Below the pieces are notes generated by a model. It saw only the letters and a list, made by a program, of their open reading frames with translations, searched no databases and had not been told where the DNA came from. From positions 2,760,001 to 2,792,000 of the forward strand of contig NZ_CP019633.1 of the NCBI RefSeq assembly GCF_001997385.1: a stretch of 32,000 bases of DNA, written 5' to 3'. The first letter of the stretch is position 1, and every line of letters starts with the position of its first letter. The stretch is from Sedimentisphaera cyanobacteriorum (lineage in GTDB: Bacteria; Planctomycetota; Phycisphaerae; Sedimentisphaerales; Sedimentisphaeraceae). Shown here piece by piece: positions 8,147-17,576 of this stretch. A program made the position numbers and the translations under genes.

Positions 8147-8848
8147 TCACGGCCTAATTGTAAAAATTATATTTGTCCCGTGCCCAGGCAGAGATTGGAT
8201 TTTCAGCTCCCCGCCGTGCCTTTGAACTATTCTCTTTACCACTGCCAGCCCCATGCCGCAGCCGGGATGATCCTCGCGGGGATTGAGCTTTGTAAAAAAG
8301 CCTGCTGCCTTCTGCGCATTTTCAGGGTGCATACCAATGCCGTTATCGCTTACGGTAAATTCAACCGTCCCCTTTTTTGCTTCAGCGTATATTCTTATTT
8401 TAGGCGCTGACTCGCCTTGAAACTTGATCGAATTGTCGATAATATGCCGGAACAGCTGGAGAAACTGCCTTTCGTCCACCAGAATTGCAGGCAGCTGAGA
8501 GTAAGTTATCTCCGCTCCGCTCGCCTTGATCTCATTTCGCATATCCAGCTTCACATCTTCGATTAATTCGTTCAAATCGGTAAGCTCAAATTTATGGCCG
8601 TCCGTTGTAACCCTCGAATATTCCACGAGACCGTCGATAAATCCGTTCAAATCTCTTGCCCCTTTGAGGGCGTTGTCCATATAGGTTCTGCTTTCTTCGG
8701 TGAATTTATCCCCAATCTCCATCTCGATAAGCTGAAGGTAGCTTGCAATCATCCTCAGCGGCTCGCGCATATCGTGAGATACAGCGTATGCGAGCCGCTG
8801 AAGATCTTCTTCTGTGCTGCATTTCTGATTTTTATTGTTTTTTTCCAT
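8147..8848 (-). CDS. histidine kinase core (HisKA + HATPase_c) without sensor or transmembrane domain
   Basis: H-box AVSHDMREPLRMI begins about residue 32; N-box IIDNSIKF, G1 DNGIGM, G2 GCGMGLAVVKRIV; only 233 aa. Confidence 0.85.
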   Translation of the reverse strand: MEKNNKNQKCSTEEDLQRLAYAVSHDMREPLRMIASYLQLIEMEIGDKFTEESRTYMDNALKGARDLNGFIDGLVEYSRVTTDGHKFELTDLNELIEDVKLDMRNEIKASGAEITYSQLPAILVDERQFLQLFRHIIDNSIKFQGESAPKIRIYAEAKKGTVEFTVSDNGIGMHPENAQKAAGFFTKLNPREDHPGCGMGLAVVKRIVQRHGGELKIQSLPGHGTNIIFTIRP

Positions 8849-8961
8849 TACTGCTTCCTTTATTATATTATCTTCTGATTTATTTTATTGTTCATTGTCT
8901 TGCTATAAAGGCAAATTTCAGTAACATTTTTATAATTGTTTCTAATATCGGAGAATAATTG

Positions 8962-10140
8962 ATGAAAAGACTAAGCATACTCGCCTGTGCAGCAGGAATA
9001 ATGTTTTTATTCACGGGCTGTAAGACAGTAGAAAAAGAAGAATTAGACTACAGCACCCCTCTTCTACCTGGAGAAGATGCGCTTATAAAGATAACTGACC
9101 CGGCCAAACTTCCGGACTTTAGAAGGGCTTGCAGAAATCTATACAGTCTTGAGAAGGCCATAGACAAGAGTCTCAACTACCTTGCCAAGCCCTCATCTGA
9201 GAATCATTTTCCGATGCAGGGAATCACCCACAGCGACGTTAAAGAAAGCCTGAATCTTTTCAAGGATATTATTCATTCCGGGCTGAACCCCGCTCAGATG
9301 TCCGACAGAATAAGAAGCGAGTTTGATGTTTATATGTCCGTGGGCTGCGATAAGAGGGGGACGGTTCTTTTTACCGGCTACTACACCCCGATATTCAACG
9401 GCTCATTCGAAAAAACCGAAAGGTTTAAGTATCCGCTTTATAAGGCTCCAGAGGATCTGGTTAAGGCCGATAACGGCCAAATCCTCGGAAGAGAGAATCA
9501 GTCGGGTGAGATTGTTCCTTATCCGCCCAGAAGAGAGCTTGTTAATTCGGGTATGCTCAACGGGCTCGAGCTGATTTACCTTGAAGACCCGTTCGAGGTT
9601 TATATTGCACATGTGCAGGGCTCAGCGAAGATAAGGCTTCCCGGCGGAAGACTTATTACCGTTGGCTACGATGCCACTAACGGGCATGAGTATAAATCCA
9701 TCTCCGAGAAGGTCAGCAGTGTTTCTGGAATACCAATGGACGAGATGAGCCTTCGGGCGATGATTGATTATTTCAGCGCCAACACGGGGCAGGTGGAGGA
9801 TATCGTCGCTCAGAATCCGAGGTTCGTTTTCTTCCGCAAATCCGAAGGCCCTCCGCATGGCAGCATCAATGAGCCCGTAACACGAATGCGCACTATCGCA
9901 ACTGACAAGAGCATTTTCCCGCGAGCAGCCCTCACCTTCCTTGATACTTCTCTGCCGCGTCTTGTAGGGCAGAACGTGGTTATATACCCGTATCAGGGCT
10001 TTATGCTTGATCAGGATACAGGCGGAGCCATTCGAGCCCCCGGCAGATGCGATGTTTATATGGGGCAGGGTGCTAAGGCCGGCGAGGTCGCCGGGAAGAC
10101 CTATGAAGAAGGAAAACTTTACTACCTTATTGCGAAATAA
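8962..10140 (+). CDS. mltA: membrane-bound lytic murein transglycosylase A (lipoprotein)
   Basis: Lipobox LFTGC after MKRLSILACAAGIM; MltA-type core (VLFTGYYTP, YIAHVQGSA); C-terminal 3D-domain motif DQDTGGAIRAPGRCDVYMG; ATG 8962 preferred over TTG 8959. Confidence 0.85.
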   Translation: MKRLSILACAAGIMFLFTGCKTVEKEELDYSTPLLPGEDALIKITDPAKLPDFRRACRNLYSLEKAIDKSLNYLAKPSSENHFPMQGITHSDVKESLNLFKDIIHSGLNPAQMSDRIRSEFDVYMSVGCDKRGTVLFTGYYTPIFNGSFEKTERFKYPLYKAPEDLVKADNGQILGRENQSGEIVPYPPRRELVNSGMLNGLELIYLEDPFEVYIAHVQGSAKIRLPGGRLITVGYDATNGHEYKSISEKVSSVSGIPMDEMSLRAMIDYFSANTGQVEDIVAQNPRFVFFRKSEGPPHGSINEPVTRMRTIATDKSIFPRAALTFLDTSLPRLVGQNVVIYPYQGFMLDQDTGGAIRAPGRCDVYMGQGAKAGEVAGKTYEEGKLYYLIAK

Positions 10141-10146
10141 TAATCG

Positions 10147-10866
10147 ATGAGAAAAACAGCAGTAATCACCGGTGCTGCCGGCAAGCTCGGAGTAGATATC
10201 ACATCATCGCTTGCGAGAAACGGCTTTAACTGCATCTGCCTCTACAATCGCAGTGAGCTCAAGGCGTTTTCTGTTTCAGAGCACATCAGGAAGGGCTGGA
10301 ACGTCTCAGCAGCAGCCGTTCAGGCAGACCTTGCATCAGAGGACACAGAGCTGGTGTGTGAAAAGATAAAGCAGAGCCTTGCGAGCCTGAATACTGAAAA
10401 AACAGTACTTATTAACTCCGCAAGCATATTCAAGAAAGACAGCGAGCTTGATGAAAGCGAGGATATTTTCAAACTCAATGCAGAAGTTCCTGAGAAGCTT
10501 GCTGAATGCCTTTTCGAGGATGAGAAGGTGGGGCTTGAAAGTGTTGTGAATATTTCTGATGCCGCAGCAGGGTTAAGCTGGCCTTCATACAGCTTGTATT
10601 GTCGTTCAAAGGCCGAGCTGAATAATTCCACCTTAATCCTTGCAAGGAAATTTGCACCGAAGGCACGTGTTAATGCAGTTTCCCCGGGGCTGATAAATAC
10701 CGAAGGGCTTACGGAAGAGGAGGTTGATTGGCTTATTGGCAAGATACCTCTGAAACGCACAGGAAGCGGGAGAGATGTTTCAAATGCTATTATTTTTCTC
10801 GTTAAAAACAGCTACATAACCGGCCAGATAATCAATATTGACGGCGGGAGAACCCTGAACGACTAA
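10147..10866 (+). CDS. SDR-family oxidoreductase (pteridine reductase/FolM-like is possible)
   Basis: Cofactor motif TGAAGKLG, INSAS, catalytic YCRSK (YxxxK), C-terminal ITGQIINIDGG. Confidence 0.85.
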   Translation: MRKTAVITGAAGKLGVDITSSLARNGFNCICLYNRSELKAFSVSEHIRKGWNVSAAAVQADLASEDTELVCEKIKQSLASLNTEKTVLINSASIFKKDSELDESEDIFKLNAEVPEKLAECLFEDEKVGLESVVNISDAAAGLSWPSYSLYCRSKAELNNSTLILARKFAPKARVNAVSPGLINTEGLTEEEVDWLIGKIPLKRTGSGRDVSNAIIFLVKNSYITGQIINIDGGRTLND

Positions 10867-10875
10867 CGCAGGCCG

Positions 10876-11646
10876 TTAGATTTCCGGCATACATGCAGCC
10901 TCCCTCTGGCTTGCAGCAAACAGCTGAATCTTTTTACCTGAGGGTTTTAAGGCCTTTTGAAACACTGAAAGGGCGGTTTCGGGGGTATTGTTGTTCTCTG
11001 ATATATGCGAAAGACACGCCCAGCTGAGCCTGTCGTTTGCGTTTTCAATGAGCAGCTCTGCTGCCTGCTGATTCGATATATGCCCTCCGTCTCCCTTGAT
11101 CCTGCTTTGGACGCTGTAGGGATATGGCCCGTTTTCAAGCATATAGGGGTCGAAGTTGCTTTCGAGCATCACAGCATCAAGCCCCCTTATAATCCCCGAG
11201 AGCTCAGCAAATGCATAGCCAAGGTCGGTGAGTATCCCGAGGCGTTTGCCTTCTGCCTCTATCACAAATGCGCAGGGGTCTGCCCCGTCGTGGGGTGTTG
11301 GATGGGTTTCCACGCAAACATCACCAAGCTCGATTCTCTCGCATCTCTGGAAGTGGTGAAGGATTTCAACATCTCCAAGCCCTCCGCTTCTGGACTGGTA
11401 GGTCTTTTCTGATACTAAGAGCTTATGCCCGAATTTTCTGCTGAATACGCCGGCATTTTTGATATGGTCGCTGTGGTCGTGTGAGATGAAAAGCCCGTCC
11501 ACATCCCTGATGTCTTTCCCGAAGGCTGCGAGCCTTGCCTTAGCGGCCTTGCCGCTTATGCCTGCGTCAAAAAGCAGTTTTGTCTTGTTAGTTTCAACAT
11601 ATATGCAGTTGCCTCTGCTGCCGGACTGAAGCGATATTACTTTCAA
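10876..11646 (-). CDS. MBL-fold metallo-hydrolase
   Basis: HxHxDH motif ISHDHSDHI, downstream His/Asp ligands (THPTPHDG, LTDLG, SHIS); TTG start with GGAAAG RBS. Confidence 0.8.
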   Translation of the reverse strand: MKVISLQSGSRGNCIYVETNKTKLLFDAGISGKAAKARLAAFGKDIRDVDGLFISHDHSDHIKNAGVFSRKFGHKLLVSEKTYQSRSGGLGDVEILHHFQRCERIELGDVCVETHPTPHDGADPCAFVIEAEGKRLGILTDLGYAFAELSGIIRGLDAVMLESNFDPYMLENGPYPYSVQSRIKGDGGHISNQQAAELLIENANDRLSWACLSHISENNNTPETALSVFQKALKPSGKKIQLFAASQREAACMPEI

Positions 11647-11822
11647 AACTCTTTCCTTTTTCTTTGAGGGTTTTTCAAGATTCTAACGAAATCCGATTAT
11701 TTGGCAATCCTCAATGCAAAATCAATTCTGCGTATCAGCGGAATAGCAGTTTAAAAGTCTTGATTATTTCTTGAGAGAATTTATATTAGCTCTTTATGAT
11801 TTATGTGTAAGAGAGCGATTCT

Positions 11823-12848
11823 TTGGGAAGACTGAAATATATAGACTGCGCAAGAGCCCTTGCGATACTGCTGGTTATGCTTGAGCATGCAATTGGGGTA
11901 ACCGAGTATTTTGGCTGGCCTTTAATGATCACAAGCAAAGGCTTTGCAGCCTTCCATATGCCTGTTTTTTTTACGGCAGCCGGTTTTATGCTTGCTTTGG
12001 GCGGCCGGGAAAAGTTTTCTCTGGATAACTATCTTTCATTCGAGAAGAAAAAATTCCTGCGTCTTATTGTTCCGCTGTTTGTAATAACAGCAATCACTTT
12101 CGCAGGGGAGCTGGCAATAGGGCAGTCTTCTCTGAAAGAAACCGGTTCAGTGTTTTACAAAATGATATTTTATCCGTTGAGCAGTCCCGCCGGCCACGGT
12201 TGGTTTCTGATAACGCTTATGAATATATTTCTAATTTTTCCTCTCGTCATAAGCCTCTTCGATAAGTCTAAGCTTGTATTGATTGCTGTATTTGCAGTTT
12301 GCATTATGCCTGCATCTCTGCCAAAGCACGATTATGCCTATTTCCTTGAACTCGAGCGTACAAGATGGTATCTGCTGTTTGTTTTATTCGGATACTATGT
12401 TTTCGGAAGGCTGAATATCACAAGGCACGGAAATATGCTTGGGGCGCTGAGTTTTTTGGCTATTGCTGCTGGCGGCTCGATGCAGGTGATTGAGTGGGAA
12501 AGCTTGGGGCAGTCGTGGTTTATACGTTCAGCATTGAGGCTGATTAAACTTGTATTCTGCTTTGCAGGTATGCTCGGAATGTTCTATCTGTCCTCCTGCA
12601 TAGCAAACAGAGCCGGTATGATTAAGGCATTTTTTTCAAAGCTGGGCAGATTCTCTTACGACGTTTACCTCTATCACCTTATCGCAGGGATGTTCTGCGG
12701 CGTAATCCTCTCCAGAGCGGGCATCTCTGAAGAATACAGCTGGCTTATGCTGATTATTATCTATGCCGTTTCGGGAATCGGTTCGTTTGTGTTTGGGCAG
12801 ATCATCAGGAAATCCCGCCTGATCTCTAAGATTATGCTTGGCAGCTGA
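11823..12848 (+). CDS. acyltransferase family 3 integral membrane protein
   Basis: N-terminal YIDCARALAILLVMLEH motif, about 10 predicted hydrophobic helices, length 341 aa; TTG start. Confidence 0.75.
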   Translation: MGRLKYIDCARALAILLVMLEHAIGVTEYFGWPLMITSKGFAAFHMPVFFTAAGFMLALGGREKFSLDNYLSFEKKKFLRLIVPLFVITAITFAGELAIGQSSLKETGSVFYKMIFYPLSSPAGHGWFLITLMNIFLIFPLVISLFDKSKLVLIAVFAVCIMPASLPKHDYAYFLELERTRWYLLFVLFGYYVFGRLNITRHGNMLGALSFLAIAAGGSMQVIEWESLGQSWFIRSALRLIKLVFCFAGMLGMFYLSSCIANRAGMIKAFFSKLGRFSYDVYLYHLIAGMFCGVILSRAGISEEYSWLMLIIIYAVSGIGSFVFGQIIRKSRLISKIMLGS

Positions 12849-12922
12849 GCGAACATCGCGGCGGAAGGCCGGCAAAACCGCTGAAAAAGGCGTAAGATGC
12901 TCCCCAGTTTTACTCTATTGCC

Positions 12923-13591
12923 TTATTCTTCTTCCTGCTCCGTAGTATGGCGAACTATCTTGCCTTCAATCATATATATAACATCTTCTGCGATGTTGGC
13001 TGCATGGTCTGCAATCCTCTCGAGGCTCTTTGGTATGTTCAGCAGCTGCATATAATTCTCAAAATCGCTGTCTATTTCGGTAATCCCTTTTCGAATTTGT
13101 TCTGAGATTTCGATATTAAGCCGGTCGATCTCATCGTCCATACCCCTCACCTGCTTTGCGAGGGTCTGATCCATCTCAACGAGGGCATCGAGGCTTTTTT
13201 GCAGCATTAGCTGCACTTTCTGAGCCATATCCACATAATCCGGCTCAACGCTTACCTGAAAATTCTCGGCAATGCAGGGAACCCGCTCGGCGATTTTAAC
13301 AGCAAGATCGCCAATTCTTTCAAGGTCGTTGTTTATCTTCAAAACTGATACAATGAACCTGAGATCTATCGCTACAGGCTGATGAAGTGCAAGAACCTTC
13401 AAACATTCCTCTTCAAAATCAACCTCCATCTCATCGATCATTATATCTTTTCTGATAACCATCTTTGCAAGCTTTAAGTCCCTGTTTTTCATTGCTATAG
13501 TAGCCTGCTGTACAGCTTCTTCTACCAGAGACCCAAGCTTCAAAACCTTGGTTTTTAATTTTTCTATTTCTCTTTTCAGATGTAAAGACAT
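12923..13591 (-). CDS. phoU: phosphate signalling complex protein PhoU
   Basis: Two PhoU repeats with LERIGDLAVKIAE and LERIADHAANIAEDVIY plus acidic DEMEVD / DDEIDRL motifs; last gene of the pst cluster. Confidence 0.9.
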   Translation of the reverse strand: MSLHLKREIEKLKTKVLKLGSLVEEAVQQATIAMKNRDLKLAKMVIRKDIMIDEMEVDFEEECLKVLALHQPVAIDLRFIVSVLKINNDLERIGDLAVKIAERVPCIAENFQVSVEPDYVDMAQKVQLMLQKSLDALVEMDQTLAKQVRGMDDEIDRLNIEISEQIRKGITEIDSDFENYMQLLNIPKSLERIADHAANIAEDVIYMIEGKIVRHTTEQEEE

Positions 13592-13632
13592 CTTACACTC
13601 CTGTCCTGCTGCCTAAACGCTGAGGCGATAAA

Positions 13633-13980
13633 TCAAAATACCCTGCTGTCGTTGGATGTGTAAATTAGAACTTCTTTCGAGCCGTCTGTGAGGTTTATCT
13701 GCCCTTTTTCCCCCATGGAAAGCTGGGCGGATTTGTATTCGAAGTCTTTATCAAGCACGTTTACTATCTCTATCCTGCTCCACGGCATTATGCGATACTC
13801 AACTTTGCCGACTTGAATGTCCCTTACGGTATTTACATTTTTCCCGAAATGAAAGGTTTTGCATTTAAGCAGAACATAAGTGCTGTTAATCTCTGAGGGC
13901 TTTCCGACGAATATATGATTCTTCGCTTCAGGGTAGCTTTTTACAGAACGAACTTTCCATACGCATTCTTTGGCGTTCAT
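13633..13980 (-). CDS. hypothetical small protein embedded between pstB and phoU
   Basis: ORF with AAGGA RBS 7 nt upstream of ATG 13980 (the track starts at TTG 13986); co-oriented with 64-nt and 41-nt gaps to pstB and phoU; no recognisable motif, beta-rich composition. Confidence 0.55.
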   Translation of the reverse strand: MNAKECVWKVRSVKSYPEAKNHIFVGKPSEINSTYVLLKCKTFHFGKNVNTVRDIQVGKVEYRIMPWSRIEIVNVLDKDFEYKSAQLSMGEKGQINLTDGSKEVLIYTSNDSRVF

Positions 13981-14050
13981 TTTCAAATCCTTTTACCTAA
14001 TACTGAACTTCCGAGTCTATTATACTCTCTAATAAGCTTTGGTTCAATAA

Positions 14051-14818
14051 TTATCCAAACCGGCCGGTTATATAATCCTCTGTGGATTTTTCCTGCGGGT
14101 TTGTGAATATCTTGTTGGTATTGTCGTACTCTATCAAATCCCCCATGCAGAAAAAAGCAGTAAGCTGGCTAACTCTTGCCGCCTGCTGCATACTGTGGGT
14201 TACCATTATTATCGTGTAGTAGTCTTTGAGCTCCTCAACAAGGTCTTCTATTTTGCCTGTGGCGATCGGATCCAGCGCCGAGCAGGGCTCGTCCATCAGA
14301 ATCACCTTCGGCTTATTTGCAATTGTCCTTGCAATGCAGAGCCTCTGCTGCTGACCGCCTGAAAGGGCAAGTGCGCTTTTGGCAAGATCATCTTTAACCT
14401 CGCCCCAAAGCGCAGCCTGCTTGAGAGAAGTTTCCACTATCTCATCAAGGCTGCTTTTCTTCTGGACGCCCTTGAGTCTCGGCCCGTATGCGATGTTGTC
14501 ATATATGCTCTTGGCAAACGGATTGGGCGTTTGGAAAACCATCCCTATCTGTCTTCGCAGGTTTACGAGATTGATCTTGTTGTCGTAGATTTGCTGACCG
14601 TTTACCGTGAGCTCGCCCTTCGTTGAGCAGTTCGGTATCAGATCGTTCATACGGTTGATGCTCCGCAGGAAGGTGCTTTTCCCGCAACCGCTCGGGCCGA
14701 TTATCGCTGTTACTTTCCTCGGGAATATATCCAGTGTGATATCCCTCACGCCAGCGTGACTGCCGTAGTAGAAGTAGAAGTTTTTCGCCCGTATTATGCT
14801 TTCCTTTTTATTTGCCAT
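14051..14818 (-). CDS. pstB: phosphate ABC transporter ATP-binding protein PstB
   Basis: Walker [10 protein letters not shown], signature LSGGQQQRL, Walker [13 protein letters not shown], PstB-typical [20 protein letters not shown]-terminus. Confidence 0.95.
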   Translation of the reverse strand: MANKKESIIRAKNFYFYYGSHAGVRDITLDIFPRKVTAIIGPSGCGKSTFLRSINRMNDLIPNCSTKGELTVNGQQIYDNKINLVNLRRQIGMVFQTPNPFAKSIYDNIAYGPRLKGVQKKSSLDEIVETSLKQAALWGEVKDDLAKSALALSGGQQQRLCIARTIANKPKVILMDEPCSALDPIATGKIEDLVEELKDYYTIIMVTHSMQQAARVSQLTAFFCMGDLIEYDNTNKIFTNPQEKSTEDYITGRFG

Positions 14819-14828
14819 ATATAACCTG

Positions 14829-16457
14829 CTATTTTTGTCCTTTTAGCTTCGCACTCATCCTTGAACGAATGCATATTGCTATGATGTTTAGTATCAGTAC
14901 AAGCAGGATAAGCGTTGCCACCATCCCGTACTGCTTGTGTGGCACCTGCATTGCAAGCCTGTCTCCCACTGCTATATCGTAGCTGCCGTATGATAGAGTT
15001 CTTGTGGGCGAGAATATGCTGTCTGGAATAGGCCCGAGAGCTACAGCACCTGTGAAAAGTATTGGGGCTGTTTCGCCGGCAGCCCTCGATAAACTAAGAA
15101 TAATTCCGGTGAGAATGCCGGGCATTGCCGCAGGCATGGTAACAAAGATAAATGTAGAAAAGTTGCCCGCTCCTAAAGCCAGCGAAGCCTCTTTGTATGT
15201 CCTGGGCACTGCCCTTATTGCCTCTTCGCTCGCCCTGATTATCACTGGAAGCACAAGTACAGCAAGAGTCATTGATGCCGTTAAAATGCAGGCCTGAGGT
15301 TGTTTGCCGAATAAAGGCAGAAGGTACATCACAAAAAACGCCATGCCGAAAAGACCGAAAACAATACTGGGAACGCCTGCAAGGGTGTTGATAAAGCCCC
15401 TTATGATCTTAACAACTATATTCTCGCCTGCACATTCCACAAGATACGCTGCTGCTGTGATTCCAAGCGGGATAGACATCGCCATAGCAAGAAGAGTAAG
15501 CGTTAGAGTACCGATTATCTCCGGACCGACGCCGCCGAAATAATGTCCGGGTGTGCTGTCGTCTATGAAATACTGCCAGTAGAAGGTTGTTTTGGGCTTC
15601 AGGATTTCTTTTGCCTTTCCAGGAAGTACATCAAAGAATGCCTCGAATTCTGTTCCTTCGAATGTCTTTCTGCGATCAACCTTCTTCTTCGCAAGGGCTG
15701 CTGTGCCTTCCTGTTCCACCCACTTGGTTTTGTGAATTATCTCATCAATAACTTTTTGAGCCATATCCCAGCGAGTAGCCCCATACTGTTCCATAATAAG
15801 GGCAGGTTTTTCTGCGCCCGGGGCAGGTCCGAAGAGCTCTTTTATAAGCTCCTTAATACGCACAAGATCTTCCTTGTACTGGTCTCTCTTGGAGAAGTCT
15901 ATTTTTTTGCTTGTTTGCTGAAAACGCTCAGCAAGTGTGAATATTTTCTCAAACGCAGTGCCTTGAAAGTCTTTATTATCCTGCTCAGCAAAAACCTTTT
16001 CTAAAAAGCTGTTCACCTTTTCTGAATCTTCGCTCTCAATCGCATCGAGAAACAGATCCCGAACTTCTCTTGCCTTTCTTCTCTTGCCGCTGTATTCATC
16101 GTAAGGCAAATCCAGGCTTCTAAGATTTCTGCTGTATTTTCGATAGACATCTCTGGCACTGTCATACATCTCAGAAGTGTCTATGCCAACATTGAAATCT
16201 TCAATCATCTGATGGAGCTTCCGTCTTTCCTTCTGCCCCTGATTTATCTCAGCAAGCACCTCTTCTTTGCTGCCTCTTGAATGCTCTTCAAGCTGAAGCC
16301 TTCGGAATTCGCTTGTGCCTTCAAATACAACTGCCGTAAAGCCTTTGGCGAGCATTGGCCCCAAAACAACAATCAAAGCCAGGACAAGCAGAATTACAGA
16401 AACGTTCGCTGATAATGTAAAAAGCTTATCCTTGATATGCCTTAATTTCTCTCTCAT
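14829..16457 (-). CDS. pstA: phosphate ABC transporter permease PstA, long form with N-terminal soluble insert (DUF3333-like)
   Basis: C-terminal permease core with EAA-type loop ([22 protein letters not shown]); one N-terminal TM then about 260 charged residues; start overlaps the pstC stop (ATGA). Confidence 0.9.
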   Translation of the reverse strand: MREKLRHIKDKLFTLSANVSVILLVLALIVVLGPMLAKGFTAVVFEGTSEFRRLQLEEHSRGSKEEVLAEINQGQKERRKLHQMIEDFNVGIDTSEMYDSARDVYRKYSRNLRSLDLPYDEYSGKRRKAREVRDLFLDAIESEDSEKVNSFLEKVFAEQDNKDFQGTAFEKIFTLAERFQQTSKKIDFSKRDQYKEDLVRIKELIKELFGPAPGAEKPALIMEQYGATRWDMAQKVIDEIIHKTKWVEQEGTAALAKKKVDRRKTFEGTEFEAFFDVLPGKAKEILKPKTTFYWQYFIDDSTPGHYFGGVGPEIIGTLTLTLLAMAMSIPLGITAAAYLVECAGENIVVKIIRGFINTLAGVPSIVFGLFGMAFFVMYLLPLFGKQPQACILTASMTLAVLVLPVIIRASEEAIRAVPRTYKEASLALGAGNFSTFIFVTMPAAMPGILTGIILSLSRAAGETAPILFTGAVALGPIPDSIFSPTRTLSYGSYDIAVGDRLAMQVPHKQYGMVATLILLVLILNIIAICIRSRMSAKLKGQK

Positions 16458-17425
16458 CAGCGTTTACCTCCCATAGTTCTCTTGAAGCTCGAGGTGAATA
16501 TCTCGCTGAGCAGATTGAGCAGCATAGTGAATATCAGCAGAAGAACGCCGAGGGCAAACAGAGCGAATCTGTGTTCTGAGCCTTCAGGTGTTTCCCCCAT
16601 TTCTCCAGCGATTGTTGCGGTCATCGTTCTAACGCTTGCAGATACATCCCACCAAGGGCTCGGGAACTGATTGGCATTCCCCGATGCCATCCATACTACC
16701 ATTGTCTCGCCTACAGCCCTCATCACTCCCAGTATAAATGCGGCTATTATCCCGCTGTGTGCAGCTGGAAGAACAACTTTCATCATAGTTTCAGCTCTTG
16801 TTGCTCCAAGCCCGTAAGATGCCTCTCGGATATCTCTGCCTATAGAAGACAGGGCGTCTTCTGCAACGCTGATTATCGTAGGAAGAGCCATAACAGCCAG
16901 TATGATGCCTGCGTTCAGAGCGTTTGTGCCAGTGGAAAAGCCGAAATGATCCTGAAGCCAAGGTGCAAGCACAAGCACAGCAAAGAAGCCGTATGCAACT
17001 GAAGGGATTGCAGCTAAAATTTCAATAACAGGCTTAACAATCTGCCGAAGCCGGAAAGGTGCTATATCGCTTAAAAAAACCGCACTCAGAAGACCAATTG
17101 GAGAAGCTATGAGCATCGCAATCAGCGTTACGTAGAAAGAGCCGGTTACTATCGCAAGGGCTCCAAACTCTGCATCTTCAGCCTGAGGATACCATTGATC
17201 GCTCGAAAGAAACTCTGTCCACTTGCCGCTGACTATAAAAGGCCAAGCCTGCTTCATCACGAAAAACAGAATCAGAAGTACAGCAACCACAGAAAAAGCA
17301 GTGATGCTGAAAAGAACGGCTCTGCCTATATGCCTTCCCGCATAGCCGGCAATGTCCTGCCCGGGGGTAAGCAGCAGCGGCAGGTCGAATTCGTTTTTGT
17401 TTTTCTTGTTATTCTGCACGTTCAT
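16457..17425 (-). CDS. pstC: phosphate ABC transporter permease PstC
   Basis: Six-TM permease with EAA loop (EASYGLGATRAETMMKVVLPAA); first gene of the pstCAB order. Confidence 0.9.
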   Translation of the reverse strand: MNVQNNKKNKNEFDLPLLLTPGQDIAGYAGRHIGRAVLFSITAFSVVAVLLILFFVMKQAWPFIVSGKWTEFLSSDQWYPQAEDAEFGALAIVTGSFYVTLIAMLIASPIGLLSAVFLSDIAPFRLRQIVKPVIEILAAIPSVAYGFFAVLVLAPWLQDHFGFSTGTNALNAGIILAVMALPTIISVAEDALSSIGRDIREASYGLGATRAETMMKVVLPAAHSGIIAAFILGVMRAVGETMVVWMASGNANQFPSPWWDVSASVRTMTATIAGEMGETPEGSEHRFALFALGVLLLIFTMLLNLLSEIFTSSFKRTMGGKR

Positions 17426-17455
17426 CCCAAAAGATTCATAAAAAACAGGTTTTTA

Positions 17456-17509
17456 GCTTGCATCCTCTGCAAGCGAATCTCTATCCTATATGCAGGAGGA
17501 TTTTCCTGC
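17456..17509 (-). promoter_or_regulatory. two stem-loops in the presumptive pstC leader
   Basis: GCTTGCA-TCCTC-TGCAAGC (17456-17474) and GCAGGA-GGATTT-TCCTGC (17492-17509), 31-85 nt upstream of the pstC ATG. Confidence 0.3.
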
Positions 17510-17576
17510 TTGTATTTTTCCTCAAAGCTATTTTATGCAAAAGATACATATATAAAATTAAATTTTACTGAGAAAA

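Noticed and set aside
15004-16004. Several plus-strand ORFs (97, 79 and 153 aa) inside pstA
   Set aside because: They are antisense to a well-supported ABC permease and have no independent support.
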